From Octopus bimaculoides (taxonomy: Eukaryota), in NCBI RefSeq assembly GCF_001194135.2, contig NC_068981.1, forward strand, positions 67,785,457-67,849,456: DNA of 64,000 bases, given 5' to 3'. A program made the position numbers and the translations under genes. Below, piece by piece: positions 25,851-39,616 of this stretch. The notes under the pieces are model-generated. The model saw only the letters and a program-made list of their open reading frames with translations. It had not been told where the DNA came from and made no database searches. The stretch's first letter is position 1; every line of letters begins with the position of its first letter.

Positions 25851-27659
25851 ATTATTATTGTTGTTGTTGCTTTTGCTATTGTTGTTACTATATGAATTTG
25901 ACGTAGAAAGGCGTACTTTTTTGGCAGTCTTTATAATCTCCTTTTTTAATGTGTGTAATTGAAGGGAAAATATATTTTGCATATCTCCTTCTAAGAACGC
26001 CTCTGCAACGTATCGAGTTATTTCTTCTTCAGGGATAGAGTACTGAGAGAGAGAGAGAAATAACATGAGAGAGAGTCAGGGAGAGAGTAGGAGAGAAAGA
26101 GAGATAGATAGATAAATAGATAGGCAGATAGATTGATAGATAGAGAGAGTGTGTGAGTGTGTGAGAAAGAGAGAGGGAAGCAAAAAGTTGATCCTTTTCG
26201 AACTTTTTAAACATTAATTTTTGTGTTTACATTGAACCTGAAAAAAACATGGCACAAGTCAGAGATAACGGCAACAGCAAAAACAAAACAAAACAAAAAA
26301 AAAACCCAAAAAACAAACAAAAATACAAATCAAATGAATTTGAAAAAAGATTCTATTGAATTTAAAAGCGCAGAAAGCAAACTCGAAAAAAAAAAGGCCA
26401 ATTTTAATCACACAGTATAATATAAACGCTTTACACGAATGAAAAAAAATATTGGCAGAAAATACAAATACAAATTTGTAACGATCTAGCAAACAACAAC
26501 AAAAAAGTGTCCACATGCAAAACTTGATTGTTTGTCCAGCAGCATTTACAAACATAAAGGCGTTTTGCCAAACGAAGGAATGAATAGGAGAATCGAATGA
26601 AAAATAGGGAAAGCGTTTCAGCCTTCCTTCTTTAGCTAAAACTATCTCAAAAAGGCGGAGCCCGGGCATGAATTAACTGTCAGAGGAACAAGAAATGGTT
26701 GACGAAACTTTGTGACAAATAAAGTGCTTTAATACATCAATCGCTTACTAAACAGCGAAAAAAAAATACAAGTACCTTATCTCTGCAACTCTAAAATCGA
26801 ACAGGCATTACTCGTTCCATTAAATGAACAATTGCAAACAACTCTAGCCAAGGTGTGGAGTGAAACTGAGTTTAGAGTTAACAAACTCGAAGCGCTGGTG
26901 CGTTAGGCATGTGACCAGAAATAATGCATGGGTTGGCGCAAAATAAGCGTTAGAGTAACAGATATTGTTTATGACATTCACTCTTGATATCTTTTCACTT
27001 TTCTAGTGCTGTTGGCAATCGCTGAATTTATTTAAAAAATGACATGATCGGATTGTATATATATCTTTCTGCAAGTTCATCGATATGCAAGGTCATCAAA
27101 ATAACGTTTGTGCCTAGACATGGAACCTCCCTTGAATCCCCAAAAAGAGCAATGAGATCAACCTTTACAGATACGTGGAAGAAAATTTTCATTGGCAGGA
27201 AGAAAGCGTATTGGGCCATATGCGAACTTTTCAAAACTGAAGATGGAATGAAAATAGGAGCCATACAAGCCGTATTACATTTACGCCGAAATTAGTACCA
27301 TAATATTCGAACCTGAAATGCACTAGAGTTACAATCAAGGATATTTTTGAAAATCTCGATCCTGGGATAGTGGCCATTTTCGTAATGCACTATGGATATG
27401 TGTTTAACGCCGGTGCAACAGTGTGTAATATGTGAACGTGAGCGGTCATACGGATATAAAAATCCTCATGAGCCTCAAGAGTGCAAAAATAGAATTCTGA
27501 GTTGTGTCTTTCAGAGGGTGAAGCAGAGCAAAACTTTAATCCTGATCTTTCATGACAGAAAGCCTTGTGTGTAGCTCAGTCGCCTCACATCTGGTAGTAA
27601 ATGCTGTATAAAAGGTTTTCTACTCTGAAGATGAGAAGGAGAGAAACAACACCAGCAAC

Positions 27660-27990
27660 ATGCATGGAGATCTGCTGGTTCCGTGTGAGAAGACCTTTGT
27701 GAAAAAGCGGATGATGAGCTGAAAAAACGAACTTAAAAATGGAATTGAAACAATGTGGTGAGAGCATAGTCTCTTGTTAATAGAAAATCGACTCCAACAA
27801 ACGAGACTTTGTGAGACTTTGAAAAGACCGCAATTTATATTTAAGTTTACAAGAAATCTGTGTGGTATGCATACTGGATAAAATGGGGATCCCAACTACA
27901 TAAATAGTTGATAATAGATAACACAGAGCAAACGAAATGGGAAAAAGAAAATGATCCCAACAATGAAAAGGATGATTCAAGGTCCTCTGC
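27660..27990 (+). mobile_element. Ancient RTE-like RT remnant
   Basis: Frame-hopping order CWFRV.. / FV-DFEKT / VWY-ILDKMGIP follows GFR..FVDFEKAFD..LW..L...GIP. Confidence 0.4.
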
Positions 27991-29094
27991 ACTAAAGCAA
28001 GAATTCGGATCTTAATGATATACCAAACCAGGTGCTTTCTCCTACGTTTTGTCTCCGACCTCAGTTTGCAGATAGTTTCATTTATGTGGGTTCATTTACC
28101 TACACTAGTTTCTCCACACTGACCTTTCATGAAATTTAATGGATGACATCAAGTTTTCTGTCATTCTCTTTCTCGTGAAGAGAAAAACAAGGATATCCCC
28201 ATCCGCAAAACTCCTCGTTCTCACAAATTTACAATAGCGGCAACCAAACAACTTTTTTTTACAAGAATCATCAGACGTAGGAAGATTTCTCACTCTCTCT
28301 TGACAAACGAAGATTGCAGTTCTATATTCATGAACGACTCAACGGATTGTCTATGTGATAAAAGCGGTTTAACATAAAAACGCAAAACAGCAATCTTTGG
28401 ACACTGAACAAGTGCGTGGTGCTGTGTTGCAATACACATGTACATCTACTGACTTCACTGAAGCAATATCTAGATTTAATCCTTAACATGCAATGCAACT
28501 CTGACCAGAAAAGAAATAACGGAGATTATTCATAATTCCCGAATATTCTCTGAGAGCGAAAATTCAAACTCTTCTCGAAATCTCCTAAACTCGCTTCTTG
28601 GTTGCTGCCATTAAGTAACGGCTTCTGAGGACTCATTACTACGGCTGGCAGTGCTGCTTCATTCCTATCGCTCCGCTTTCTGTAAGCGATATCACTTGAA
28701 TGATAGACAACAGGGGATAAGAGAAAATAAAAGTTACTTCTTGGATTGGAGAACACACAGGAATGTAATGAACACAATCAAGCAAACATTTTCAATATCC
28801 TATCCAGAAATTCCATGTTCAGCTCGGCTTCGAATAATAATAACAATAACAACAACAACAACAACACAAATAATAATAATAAGAAGAAGAAACATTTCTA
28901 ACAAGGGCACAACTTCAAATAGTTGGATACAATGATTAGTCAATGCAATCAACTTTAGTACTTGATTGGTATTATATTTTATCGATGTCCGAGGGATGAA
29001 AGGCAAATTTTATCTTAGCTTCTCGTGCACACATATCTTTCTTTTCGATATCCTCACAATTCTGTAAGCTTGTTACATTTAATTGTTTGCAATA

Positions 29095-29285
29095 CAGACA
29101 CAAGGTCAGACATTCGTGAAGAGAAGTCGATTAAATAGACTCCAGTATTTAAATAATACGCTATTTTATTCATATTGTAAAAATGAAGGTTAAATATGAC
29201 CCCGGCAGGATTTGAACTCAGAACTTAAATAATCGGAACATATTGTAATGTAATTTGATTGACATTCTAACGATAATGTTAGCCT
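29095..29285 (-). mobile_element. SINE family 2, decayed copy
   Basis: cacaagg..agtcgatta..gactccagt..tgaccccggcaggatttgaactcagaac colinear with 14690-14886. Confidence 0.6.
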
Positions 29286-30394
29286 ATCCCTCTTATTGGT
29301 GCAAGGGTCATTAAAAAATGACACAGAAGATGGTAAACTTTTACGTAGAAAAAAGGATGAGAAAAAAATTATGAAAAAACAATAAAGAAATATCAGAATA
29401 GGATGACATCCACCCTGTTCATATTTTCGGCTATATTTGCTGAGCTTACAGACAATTTACTGGTGCACAGCACTTTTCTACTAACTTTCGTCATTCTCTC
29501 CGAATTGAGGTGAAGAAACCTGATGAAAACTGACCGTTGGGAAAAGTGGTTTCCAATATGTAGTTAGTCACAGCATATTCAGTACATGGAACTTATTCGA
29601 AACAACTTAAGCGCTGAAACAAAACAATTAGTTGTTCATAAAGAATATTTATTTCATTTTCTTCAGAATAGACAGTTAACAGCAACGGGCATGTTTTAGT
29701 GTTACTCTGACATCATCAGCAAGATAAAGAATTCACTACATTTATCGATGTAATAGTTAAAGATTTGTACATTTGTCCTCCATGACTAGACAAAAGGAAC
29801 AAGTGTGTCAGTTAATGTAGAATATCTCCAAAATTATAAACGCACGTGGTATGTATTATACAATCCAGGTATATGTTTTATCCTCCAATCAGATTTTACA
29901 TCTTATTGAATCGTTAAAAAAATATTACAGTACGTAACTTACAGTAAAACTTACTCTAAATTCACCCACTACATTTTGCGTATACAGTTGTTATTAGCAG
30001 AACAGCGGAATGAATGTAAAACTTATTCCATTATGAGAATTTCAGTAATGTAACAACAACACTTGGAGAATTTAGAGTAAAACTATTCAAGAGGATATTA
30101 CATTTCTGAGAACTCTTCTTATTTAATCTATGAAAATCGATAAAACAAGCATCACGAAAAAAAGTAAAAGGAAAAACAAAAACAAACCTGAAATTATTAT
30201 TAATGCAGCGTAGAGTCATTATTTATTCTTGGATGAAAATAAAAAGGATAGAAAACTTTAAAAGTCTAGTGAAAAGTTTGACAGGAGATATCAAGAATTA
30301 AGGATATTGTCATCAGGAAATTTTCTTTTCTTTTATATACTTAGTGCTCTCCTTGCTATCATTCAGTTTTTCAACACACGCAGAGCGAAATTTG

Positions 30395-30570
30395 CGTGGT
30401 AGCAATACCATTTCCACTGAGAATGTTAGTGTTGTTTATATTGTTTACACTGTTCTTGCTATTGTTGTTGCTGCTACTGCTCTTGTCAGTGATGCTGATA
30501 CTGAGGATGGAGAGGTTGATGCTGGTGGTGATGACGATGATGATGACGATGACGATAATGAAGATGATAC
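30395..30570. repeat. Degenerate trinucleotide tract (GTT/GCT/GAT/GGT)
   Basis: Direct reading; a similar CAT/CAC/CAG tract lies at 31070-31330. Confidence 0.8.
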
Positions 30571-31537
30571 TTTTGTTAGATTTCCATCGAAACTATTTTA
30601 GTTACATAGAATGTATTCGCTGTGTGCAGATGCAAGTTGATTAAATAACTTATTGCATGTTCACTTGACTTTATTGCCAAACTTTATGAACTCGTAGTCA
30701 AATAAAGTAACCAAACAACGTAGCAACGAAACAAACGGCTTCGCATCTTGCCTGAAAGCCTGCCATTGAACCAAACTACTATCATAAACATCCATTAATG
30801 AATGGAAGAAAAGCGAAAAAAAAAGAATGCACGGAACGCCAAACACGCCAGTGGATTCCATGATGATATTGTGTTAAATATTTCGACAAAGGAGAAAATA
30901 CTAAACAGAAAAATATACATATGGAAAAACAAGGAGAAAATGCACATACGATCCACAAAATCGGAACTACATTAACTGGAAAACCACAACGCTTTGTATT
31001 TTATTTTGCAATTTTGACTTAAGTCTGTGGAATCATATTTTTATATTTTGAAGAAGGAGAGCGTTAATGAAGTACCAGAAGCAACGCAAAGGCATCATTA
31101 TGACCATCGTCATCATAGAGCACCTCATTATTCTTCTTATCCTCATTAGCATCATCAATCTCACTATCATTATTGTGCTTCGTCATACTCAACTTCACTA
31201 CCGCTACTGCCTTCATCAGCAACACCACCATTACCGCAGAGATCATCATCATCATCATCATCATCTGCAGCAGCAGCATCATTAAGAACCACAACAACAG
31301 CACCCACCAGCATCTTCATCATTAGCGTTGTTGATATTCATATACATTTCCATACTTGCAGGGTCAATAAAATAAGCAACAGAAAATAAAGACATTCGAT
31401 GAAAGAGCGGTGATCAAAACAGCTTTCTGAGTATGGCTACGTCATTGTATGGTCTGAGCTCACAAGTTAAGAAATTGCAGCTTATCTTAATATTAAAAAT
31501 TCATTATTATAATTTATTAGATTACGAGGTGACAGAC

Positions 31538-31712
31538 TCGTTACCGCGCTGGACAAAATGCTTAGAAGCATTTCCTTCGGATTTACTTTCTAATTTCATA
31601 TTCTGCCCAGGTCAACGTTGCCTTTTAGCACATCAGGGTCGATAAATTAAGAAGCAGTCAAGTACTGGGGTCAATGTAATCGACGTTCTCCCTCCCCTGA
31701 AATTTCTTCTTC
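31538..31712 (+). mobile_element. SINE family 2 copy
   Basis: tcgttaccgcgctggacaaaatgcttag..ggtcaacgttgcctt..gggtcgataaattaag..tactggggtcaatgtaatcgac. Confidence 0.7.
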
Positions 31713-31765
31713 TTGTTCTTGTTCTTCTCCTTCTCCTCCCCTCCTCCTCCTCCTCCTCCTCATCT

Positions 31766-31851
<86 letters not shown>

Positions 31852-31865
31852 TGTATTATCATTAA
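31712..31865. repeat. (CTT)/(CCT)n followed by (ATT)n microsatellite
   Basis: Direct reading. Confidence 0.95.
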
Positions 31866-31879
31866 TGTTATTACTAGTC

Positions 31880-31980
31880 AAGGCTGATGAACTGGCAGAA
31901 TAGTTAGCACGCTGGGCAAAGTGCTTTATGGCTTTTCGTCCATCTTTTTGTTCTGAGTTCAAATGACACCGAAGTTCACA
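31880..31980 (+). mobile_element. SINE family 2, tRNA-like head only
   Basis: ggcagaatagttagcacgctgggcaaagtgctt..gttctgagttcaaat; box A and box B-like motifs. Confidence 0.65.
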
Positions 31981-31984
31981 GTCA

Positions 31985-32210
31985 TGCGTCTGCGACATGG
32001 TGATCTTCTATCGAGATAAAAGATGCATGACCTTGTAGGTGGGATCCTGTAAGAGTTTTCTTCAGGTCGTGTAGAACATCCTGTTCAAAAGGTTCCTAAA
32101 TAAGCGTTGTTTGAGGATGATGAACGAAAGACCCATGATACCTGACGTGAGTTATTCTAACCACAAAGAATTCCTCTCAAAAGATGGATATGATGCTCCT
32201 CCATAGAGGA
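31985..32210. mobile_element. Unclassified interspersed repeat, copy 2 (see 604-1133)
   Basis: Shared blocks as listed for copy 1. Confidence 0.6.
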
Positions 32211-33032
32211 TCATGGATTATAAAAGATGTTGACCGTCTTAAACTTATAGCCTGGCATCTTGGGTGACTTTATCGGGGTCTATTCTTTTCAATCATTCGA
32301 ACCAGCTTTGTGTTTCGAGGATACATTTCTCCCTCTATTCCACCACTCTTGGGACCCATGAAATATATCATGGGTACTCCCTTTCTTACTAAAAAACTAA
32401 AAAGATTATAACCGTCGTAAACAAAATATAATTCTCTCCCTGAACTCCCAGTGTGTTTGTCACTTGCTCTTCCATGTGTACACACAGACATACATATACA
32501 CACACACACTCACGCACGCACATGTACACGCACAGGTGCATATATATATATATATANNNNNNNNNNTTACCGCCGCTTCACCACATACCGAAAATTAGAA
32601 ATAGCAGCCAAAACTACTATTTCTCTACCAAAATACGACTCCCAAAACAACAATACTCGCTAAAACGACTTCCAAAACAACAATACCCACTATGACTTCT
32701 GTCGACTCCCTCAAGCCACTTCAAAACAGACATTGCTCTTTGTTCCTTGACCTTAGATTTTTTTATACAAATATTTGATATACAGGACTATAAATTAAAT
32801 CTGACCCCAAAAATCAGTGACAAGCCAGATCTCTGACACGTCTTTCTTCCTGATACCTAGTAGCTTCTAAGCTGAAGCGAAGACAGCATGTTCTTTGTCT
32901 ATCTACTTACCTTCTTGAAGGTTTTATGTAAAATTGTACTAATGTGTCCATCTGTTTTAATTTAATTTAATTCTATGTATTTAAGCAGCTGAGGATTGTT
33001 CTGCATTTAAATTGATGTCATGGTTGCATTGT

Positions 33033-33370
33033 GGAAGCGCAATGGCCTGGTGGTTAAGGCAGCGGACTCGTCGTCATAGGATCGCAGTTTTGATTCCCAG
33101 ACCGGGCGTTTTGAGTGTTTGTTGAGCGAAAACACCTAAAGCTCAACGAGGCTTCGGCAGGGGATGGTGGCGAACCCTGCTGTACTCTTTCACGACAACT
33201 TTCTCTCACTCTTACTTCCTGTTCCTGTTGTGCCTGTAATTCAAAGGGTCAGCCTTGTCACACTGTGTCACGCTGAATATCCCCGAGAACTACGTTAGGG
33301 GTACATGTGTCTGTGGAGTGTTCAGCCATTTGCACGCTAATTTCACGAGCAGGCTGTTCCGTTGATCGGA
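33033..33370 (+). mobile_element. tRNA-derived SINE family 3, apparently full length
   Basis: Box A tggcctggtggtt (33043-55) and box B-like gttttgattccc (about 33087-98), then a roughly 270-bp GC-richer body; no tRNA acceptor stem. Confidence 0.75.
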
Positions 33371-33814
33371 CAAAATTGTAGCTGTTTCTTTTTAAGCTTA
33401 TTCTACTACATTAGTAGCAGCATGGAATTCTTTCCTTCTCTAGCTTTGAGGAAATATTTCCTCAAAATTATGATAGAATATCCAGACTGCTGAAAATTTG
33501 TATTTTACAACTGGAGATGGCGCTTATTTTCAAATTGTTGTAATGCTTGCATTGTTCAATCAAATGGAGCCGCCTGAAAGGGCCGTAATGCGCTAATACC
33601 TTGACACGTATTCACTTTATATCGAGCAGTGCGGATAATACCGGATTTGCTTGGTGCATCAAATTAAGTACTTTATTCAACTGAATCTTAATTATTTGGT
33701 ATATTAATATATATATTTATAAACACACATATACAAACATACATATATACATACATGCATATATACATATATGTAAACGTATATACACATACACATATAT
33801 ATATATATATGTGT

Positions 33815-34050
33815 ATGTTAGTAGTTAGGGTGTTGGACGCACGGTCGTAAACACTTCACTTCATGTTGTTCCTGTTCACTCAGCTGTAGAAATGAGTACC
33901 ACTAATGGAAGCACGTCGCTTAGTGGATACGGTGTTGGATTCACGACCGTAAGATTCTTGTTTCGATCTCAGAAACGGGTGATCCGTTATGCTCGTGCAA
34001 AAAAAATAATTTCACGTTGCTCCCACCCACTCAGCTGTAGAAATGAATAT
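33815..34050 (+). mobile_element. Two tandem tRNA-SINE heads, the first internally deleted
   Basis: Both read ..tagtgg.ta.ggtgttgga..cacg..cgtaa and both end ..cactcagctgtagaaatga. Confidence 0.7.
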
Positions 34051-35184
34051 TTAGCCAGGAGAGGGAGGGGTTCCGCCAGGTATTTTCCCCCTAATTATGC
34101 TGCACGGCTACAGCGCCACAGAGACCCCGACTATATTGATGGAATTGTCAATATAATAGCGTGTGTACATTAGGTACGGTATATTGATGGCTATTTCCGT
34201 TAAATGCTGTCACAGTTGCGTATGCTGAAAAAACGCGTACACGTCAGCACGCGTGTGTACGAGTGTGTGTGTGTGAGCAAAATACAGCATAACAAAAACG
34301 AGGAGTAAGTTCACAATCAGTGTTACTTCTTTGATGCCCATATGTATGTTTATGTGCGCATGTATAGCAACAACAACAACAACAGCAATAATAACAATAA
34401 CAAAATACAGAATAAAGCAAAATACTTCAAACGCTTGGAAAACAAATTGGCTGTATGCATGATTCCTAAACATATTTTAAAAAATTCTGCATTGGCATCA
34501 TTAATTTGCTTTCTTTGTATTTTAATTACTTGATATAACTTGTATTCTTTGTCACAGTTTTCTTTGACAATGTGAGCAAATGACTATACTTCCATGAATG
34601 CATCTTATAAGCCGTTACTAATTCCAAATCGCCCACATTCTATTTGTAATTAATTTTAATTGCGATTAAAATACACGGGGATTGTCTTTCCTCGTTTTCT
34701 TGACAAGAATTAACCATTAAAATAATTAGTCTTCATCACAGCACAACTGTATCTTTCATTCAGTAACATTTCTTGCATCACTACATTAAGAATTTCAGTA
34801 GCAACCTGAATATTCCTGCATGTTGTACACATACATACATCCGCCCGCATATATGTGTGTGTATGTATCTCAGATTTTGTTCATAGGTTTGTTTGTCAAT
34901 TGCTACCAGACACAGTATCATAGCAATTGTGTTTATAATTCAACCCCTGACGATTGCTCACTTTTTTCAGAACGTTTTCCAGCTCACACTTTTGAGGTAG
35001 TTTTACGGTTCTTTTCTAGCAATACATTGTTTTCTGATGGGACTAAAACCTCGATTCGATCAGCTAGCTTTTCCTGTCAAAGTTATCGTTGAAAAAGTTA
35101 TTCAGTAGTAACAACCTAAATCTCCCTGCCTGTGAGAACTGATATATTCGAAAGTATGTCATTTTCTGTACCATTTCCCAAATC

Positions 35185-35330
35185 TTTCGAACATCGTACA
35201 AACCGAATAATGGTATTTGTTCCGTTTATTTGTTCTGAGCTCAAATACATCCAGTGTCGATAAATTATGGCAAAAGTTAGTACTGAATCGAGTAACCCAC
35301 TTCCAAAATTTGAAATCTTTTGCCTATGCT
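35185..35330 (+). mobile_element. SINE family 2, decayed copy; another fragment at about 35400-35480
   Basis: gttctgagctcaaat..gtcgataaatta; tttcatcccactagggtcgataaaa. Confidence 0.45.
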
Positions 35331-36399
35331 TGAAAGAATTATTTTTGTGATAGGAAGAGAAAAGGTGCTAGATAGATTCGGTGAAGCGTCGAAAATGCTT
35401 TATAGTAAATTTTCTGGCTCTTTCTTAGCTCCGTTGGAAGTCAACTTCAACTTTCATCCCACTAGGGTCGATAAAAAGCCATTCAAAAAATGTTTTTTTT
35501 TGTAATTGTCTCAACCCACCACAAAGTACTTGTCTTCTGTCTAAATATTATCACAATCCTCGTAAATTATAATCCTCGTAAATCAGCATTATAACAATCA
35601 AGTATCATACGATGAAAAATATTAATACAATCGTTGCGCTTGTCAAAATCAGGGATAAACCTATATCTGGTTTTGTAAAGTAACAACAGAAAAGTAACAA
35701 ATGCGTGAAACTATGTATGTTCTTTTAGTTTTGTCTATGGCAATATAGGTTTCTTACTTAAATTAACTTATTCAGTTGTACTTCTCAAACGATAGACATT
35801 TCAAAAGTATAAATGTGTTGTTGGAGTGTAAAAAGATCTTTTTTTTAATTTTATTCCTATGTACAGATCAATCATTGATCATTTGAATGAAGTTTCAAGC
35901 TCAATTGAAATAACATTGCAAGAGTGACCAAAGATAATTAACTCTAGACATCGATTTCAACGCCTTGCTTTTATAGCAGTATCAGCACATCTCTTAAGTG
36001 AATACAAGTAGATCCACTACAGGAAGTAGACGTTAAGACCACTCAAAATAATTGTATGTGTTTTTCTGTTTGCGTCGAAGCATTTCATTTCAAACATAAA
36101 GCTTGATGCTACATAATCATTGAAATGCATGAATAAGAATGCGTGGGTGTGACAGTCTGTGTGAATAAGTGTTTATTTGTGTATGTGTGCATATGAAGTT
36201 GCGTGCGCATGTGTGTATGAAATTTCGAACAATATCAGACTATATCGATATATCTATTTAGCAATTGGTCTCTTTTCTTCACTACTGTGTCTGTCTAACA
36301 CTCTTAGCCCCACACATTGTATACATGTTATATTATGTATACGTATGCATGTGCGCATCTATCTATCTATCTATCTATCTATCTCTCTATGTCTCTATC

Positions 36400-36467
<68 letters not shown>

Positions 36468-37689
36468 NNNNNNNNNNNNNNNNNNNNNNNNNNNNNNNNN
36501 NNNNNNNNNNNNNNNNNNNNNNNNNNNNNNNNNNNNNNNNNNNNNNNNNNNNNNNNNNNNNNNNNNNNNNNNNNNNNNNNNNNNNNNNNNNNNNNNNNNN
36601 NNNNNNNNNNNNNNNNNNNNNNNNNNNNNNNNNNNNNNNNNNNNNNNNNNNNNNNNNNNNNNNNNNNNNNNNNNNNNNNNNNNNNNNNNNNNNNNNNNNN
36701 NNNNNNNNNNNNNNNNNNNNNNNNNNNNNNNNNNNNNNNNNNNNNNNNNNNNNNNNNNNNNNNNNNNNNNNNNNNNNATATATATATATATATAAACATA
36801 TATATATGCGTACATATGTGTGTTTGCGTGTATCTGAGAGAGAGAGAGAGAGAGAGAGGGAAAGCGATGTAGAGAGAGAACGGAGAGAGAGAGAAAGAGA
36901 AAGAGAGAGTGAAGACTAAAAATACCCAACAGAATTTGAATAAGCATTGTTGTGGTTCTGGTAAATTTGAAAGCTTCGTACGGACAACTGGTTTCTGTTC
37001 GTACGTACCAAGAATAATCATACAATGAGATTTCAACTAACAGACGATCATTATATTTAGAGCCAATAAACTCAAGTTTGAAGATTATCGTGTGTGAGAA
37101 GTGTGGAAGGAAAAAAGGATTTTTGAATGTTTGTGTAGATGAAGTGTTGACTGTAAAGCTGAAACAAATTACATGAAAGAAAAGTGTGTCAGATGGCAAA
37201 CCAATATGGGTGTATGCAGAGTAGACTTATAATGAAAAAAAAAAACAAAACAAAACAAAAAAGCAATCAAGTGTGTTGAATTTATCTGATACGATGTAAT
37301 GAAATGAAAAAGGTTAAACTCGTTGGGCGGTTTTGGACCTGGAGAGAAAATGTTATATGCTGGTCAAATGTTATATGCAGTGGTCAAAGGACATATAGTG
37401 ATTACTTGGTAGGGTTATAGCAAGAATAGAAACTTAGGGTGCTAACTAGAAAAAATAACTGAATGGATATTTTATGGGTTGTAATTTGGTATGGATAGTT
37501 TGATTTATCTGCACCCCAGCAAAAGAAATAGAAAAACGTATCTTCTTTTTGGCTTGTGGAATGGAAAATGAAATACATTCATAGACAAGTGTACAGGTGT
37601 GCGATACAAATACGAAAAATCTCAAGCGAATACTGGTATATATATAATTACTCTCCGCTCATAGTGTGATAACATGGGGTGAACTTCAA

Positions 37690-38010
37690 GCATGACCGTT
37701 GAGATGTGGGGGTCAAGACTATTAATGCGCCCCCCACTTTTTTTTTTATCTGTGTACATTTATGTTTACTTAACCACTCTCTATTATGACCTACGGCCAT
37801 GATGCCCCGTTCCTTCAGCCTCTTATTTAGTGTGAATGACTGCTTGTACCACGTCCTTAGTGGTAACTCACTTACCCTGCCTCCCATTATCGCCGACAAT
37901 CATGAAGTGCGAACATGACTTTTGACCAATGCACGTGAAGCCCAGTTGATTGTCCACTGCAATGAGCCCGTCCAGGTAATTCTTTGACTGAATTTCACTG
38001 TTCACTTTAT
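37690..38010 (-). mobile_element. Possible Ginger/Gypsy-like integrase N-terminal remnant
   Basis: VTTKDVVQAVIHTK*EAEGTGHHGRRS resembles the H..(x)..GH.GR zinc-binding start of such integrases. One motif only. Confidence 0.2.
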
Positions 38011-39375
38011 CATGCCAGTGTCAAATCGTAATTATCGATGTGCTTTTGTGCATATCTAATAGGTGTTTCGGATCACAGGTTAGGCCTTACATTATTGCTT
38101 TAACTCATGCTTTCTATTGAAATTTTTCTTTGTCCCCATACAGCTCCTTCATACTGTTGCTATCTACCAGTTTTTAGCTTACAAGTCGTTAATGAATATT
38201 GTATTCGGTGCCCTGGTGTCTACATAGCTAACTATTTGTCCGTGCTTTAAACTTTTTTGAATAATACGTTTAATAGGTTCACTTTTTATACATCGCGCCA
38301 AACCCAAACCACACCAGGCCTCCATTTAGGTGACCCATGCATCTCTCACGGCCCGTTAGATATCGAATGCTCCAGAGTAGGAAGCAAACAAAATCTATTC
38401 GTATTTTACCCTAATCGCAAAACAAACAATGTGGCCTACAGAGAGGTGCTGTACGTACTTCACGTACTATGTTTCATTTCCTTTGTCCAGTCTAGGTTTG
38501 ACATCTTTTTTCATTGAGTTTCACATTTCACAGCAACAGTTCCGTTCTTTTCGGTGTAAACGAAAAACGGCCCCTTTCAGGGCCACTTTAAATACGATTT
38601 TTACATAACCTAAGAATGCATTACAGCTCTTCTCAGGGTTTCTTATCAAATTGTTACCGCTGTGGAAACAACAAACATACCCTTTTTAAGGCTACTTCAC
38701 CTGTGATTGTTACACCATCTGAGAACGCATTAAAGCCATTCTCAGGATTTCTTATCATAGTGTTACCGCTTGGCTTCATCGGTACCCACCGACCAATTTT
38801 GTTACAATTTGGCGTTAGCGTTATTTATGACATAGAAAATTTACTAAGTATCAAAAGCATTGTAGTATTTGAATTCCAAGCAACGCCGGGTACTTCTACT
38901 AGTACATATTAAACGTTGGTTTCAAAGTTTACAGGAAGATAAGGAATGAATATTAGCATGTTTATTCTTAATATGGCTAGACAGGTTCAGACGTACAATA
39001 TGCTGGATGCTGTAGTGTATGTCTTAGGAAAATACGCACATATTCATTCCTCTTGTCGTTGCAGACGGTGCAAAAGACGTTTTTTTTTATCGGTTGACAG
39101 ATATAAGCATTGCTGAAAGCATAAACAAAGCCAGCGGCTTCGTCTGGTCTAAGTTACGGCTACTTCTGGTTGAAGAGATATCTTGTCGAAAGACAGTTAT
39201 TTCACAGTGCCGTGTGATTGTGTGCATGTATCTCTGTGTGTGTATGTATGTGTGTATGTATGTGTGTATGTCTGTTAGAATGCGTGTGTGTATGTTTGGA
39301 TATGCGTGTGTAGGTGTGAGTGCATCTGTTCGTTTCTAGATGCATATCCACACACACACACACACACACACAAAA

Positions 39376-39493
<118 letters not shown>

Positions 39494-39616
39494 GAACTAA
39501 CCGTTATAACTACTAGTTGGTTGATTCTCTAGTCATGCTAGAGAAAGAGAGAGTCTAGAATGAGAGAGAGAGAGAAAGAGAGAGATGGGCGCGTAAGGTA
39601 CAAAGTAAGTTAAAGT

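Noticed and set aside
33033-33110. tRNA-like sequences (also about 33907, 39617, 44676, 49700)
   Set aside because: Box A/B motifs are present, but there is no closing acceptor stem and each continues into a repeat body: SINE heads, not tRNA genes.
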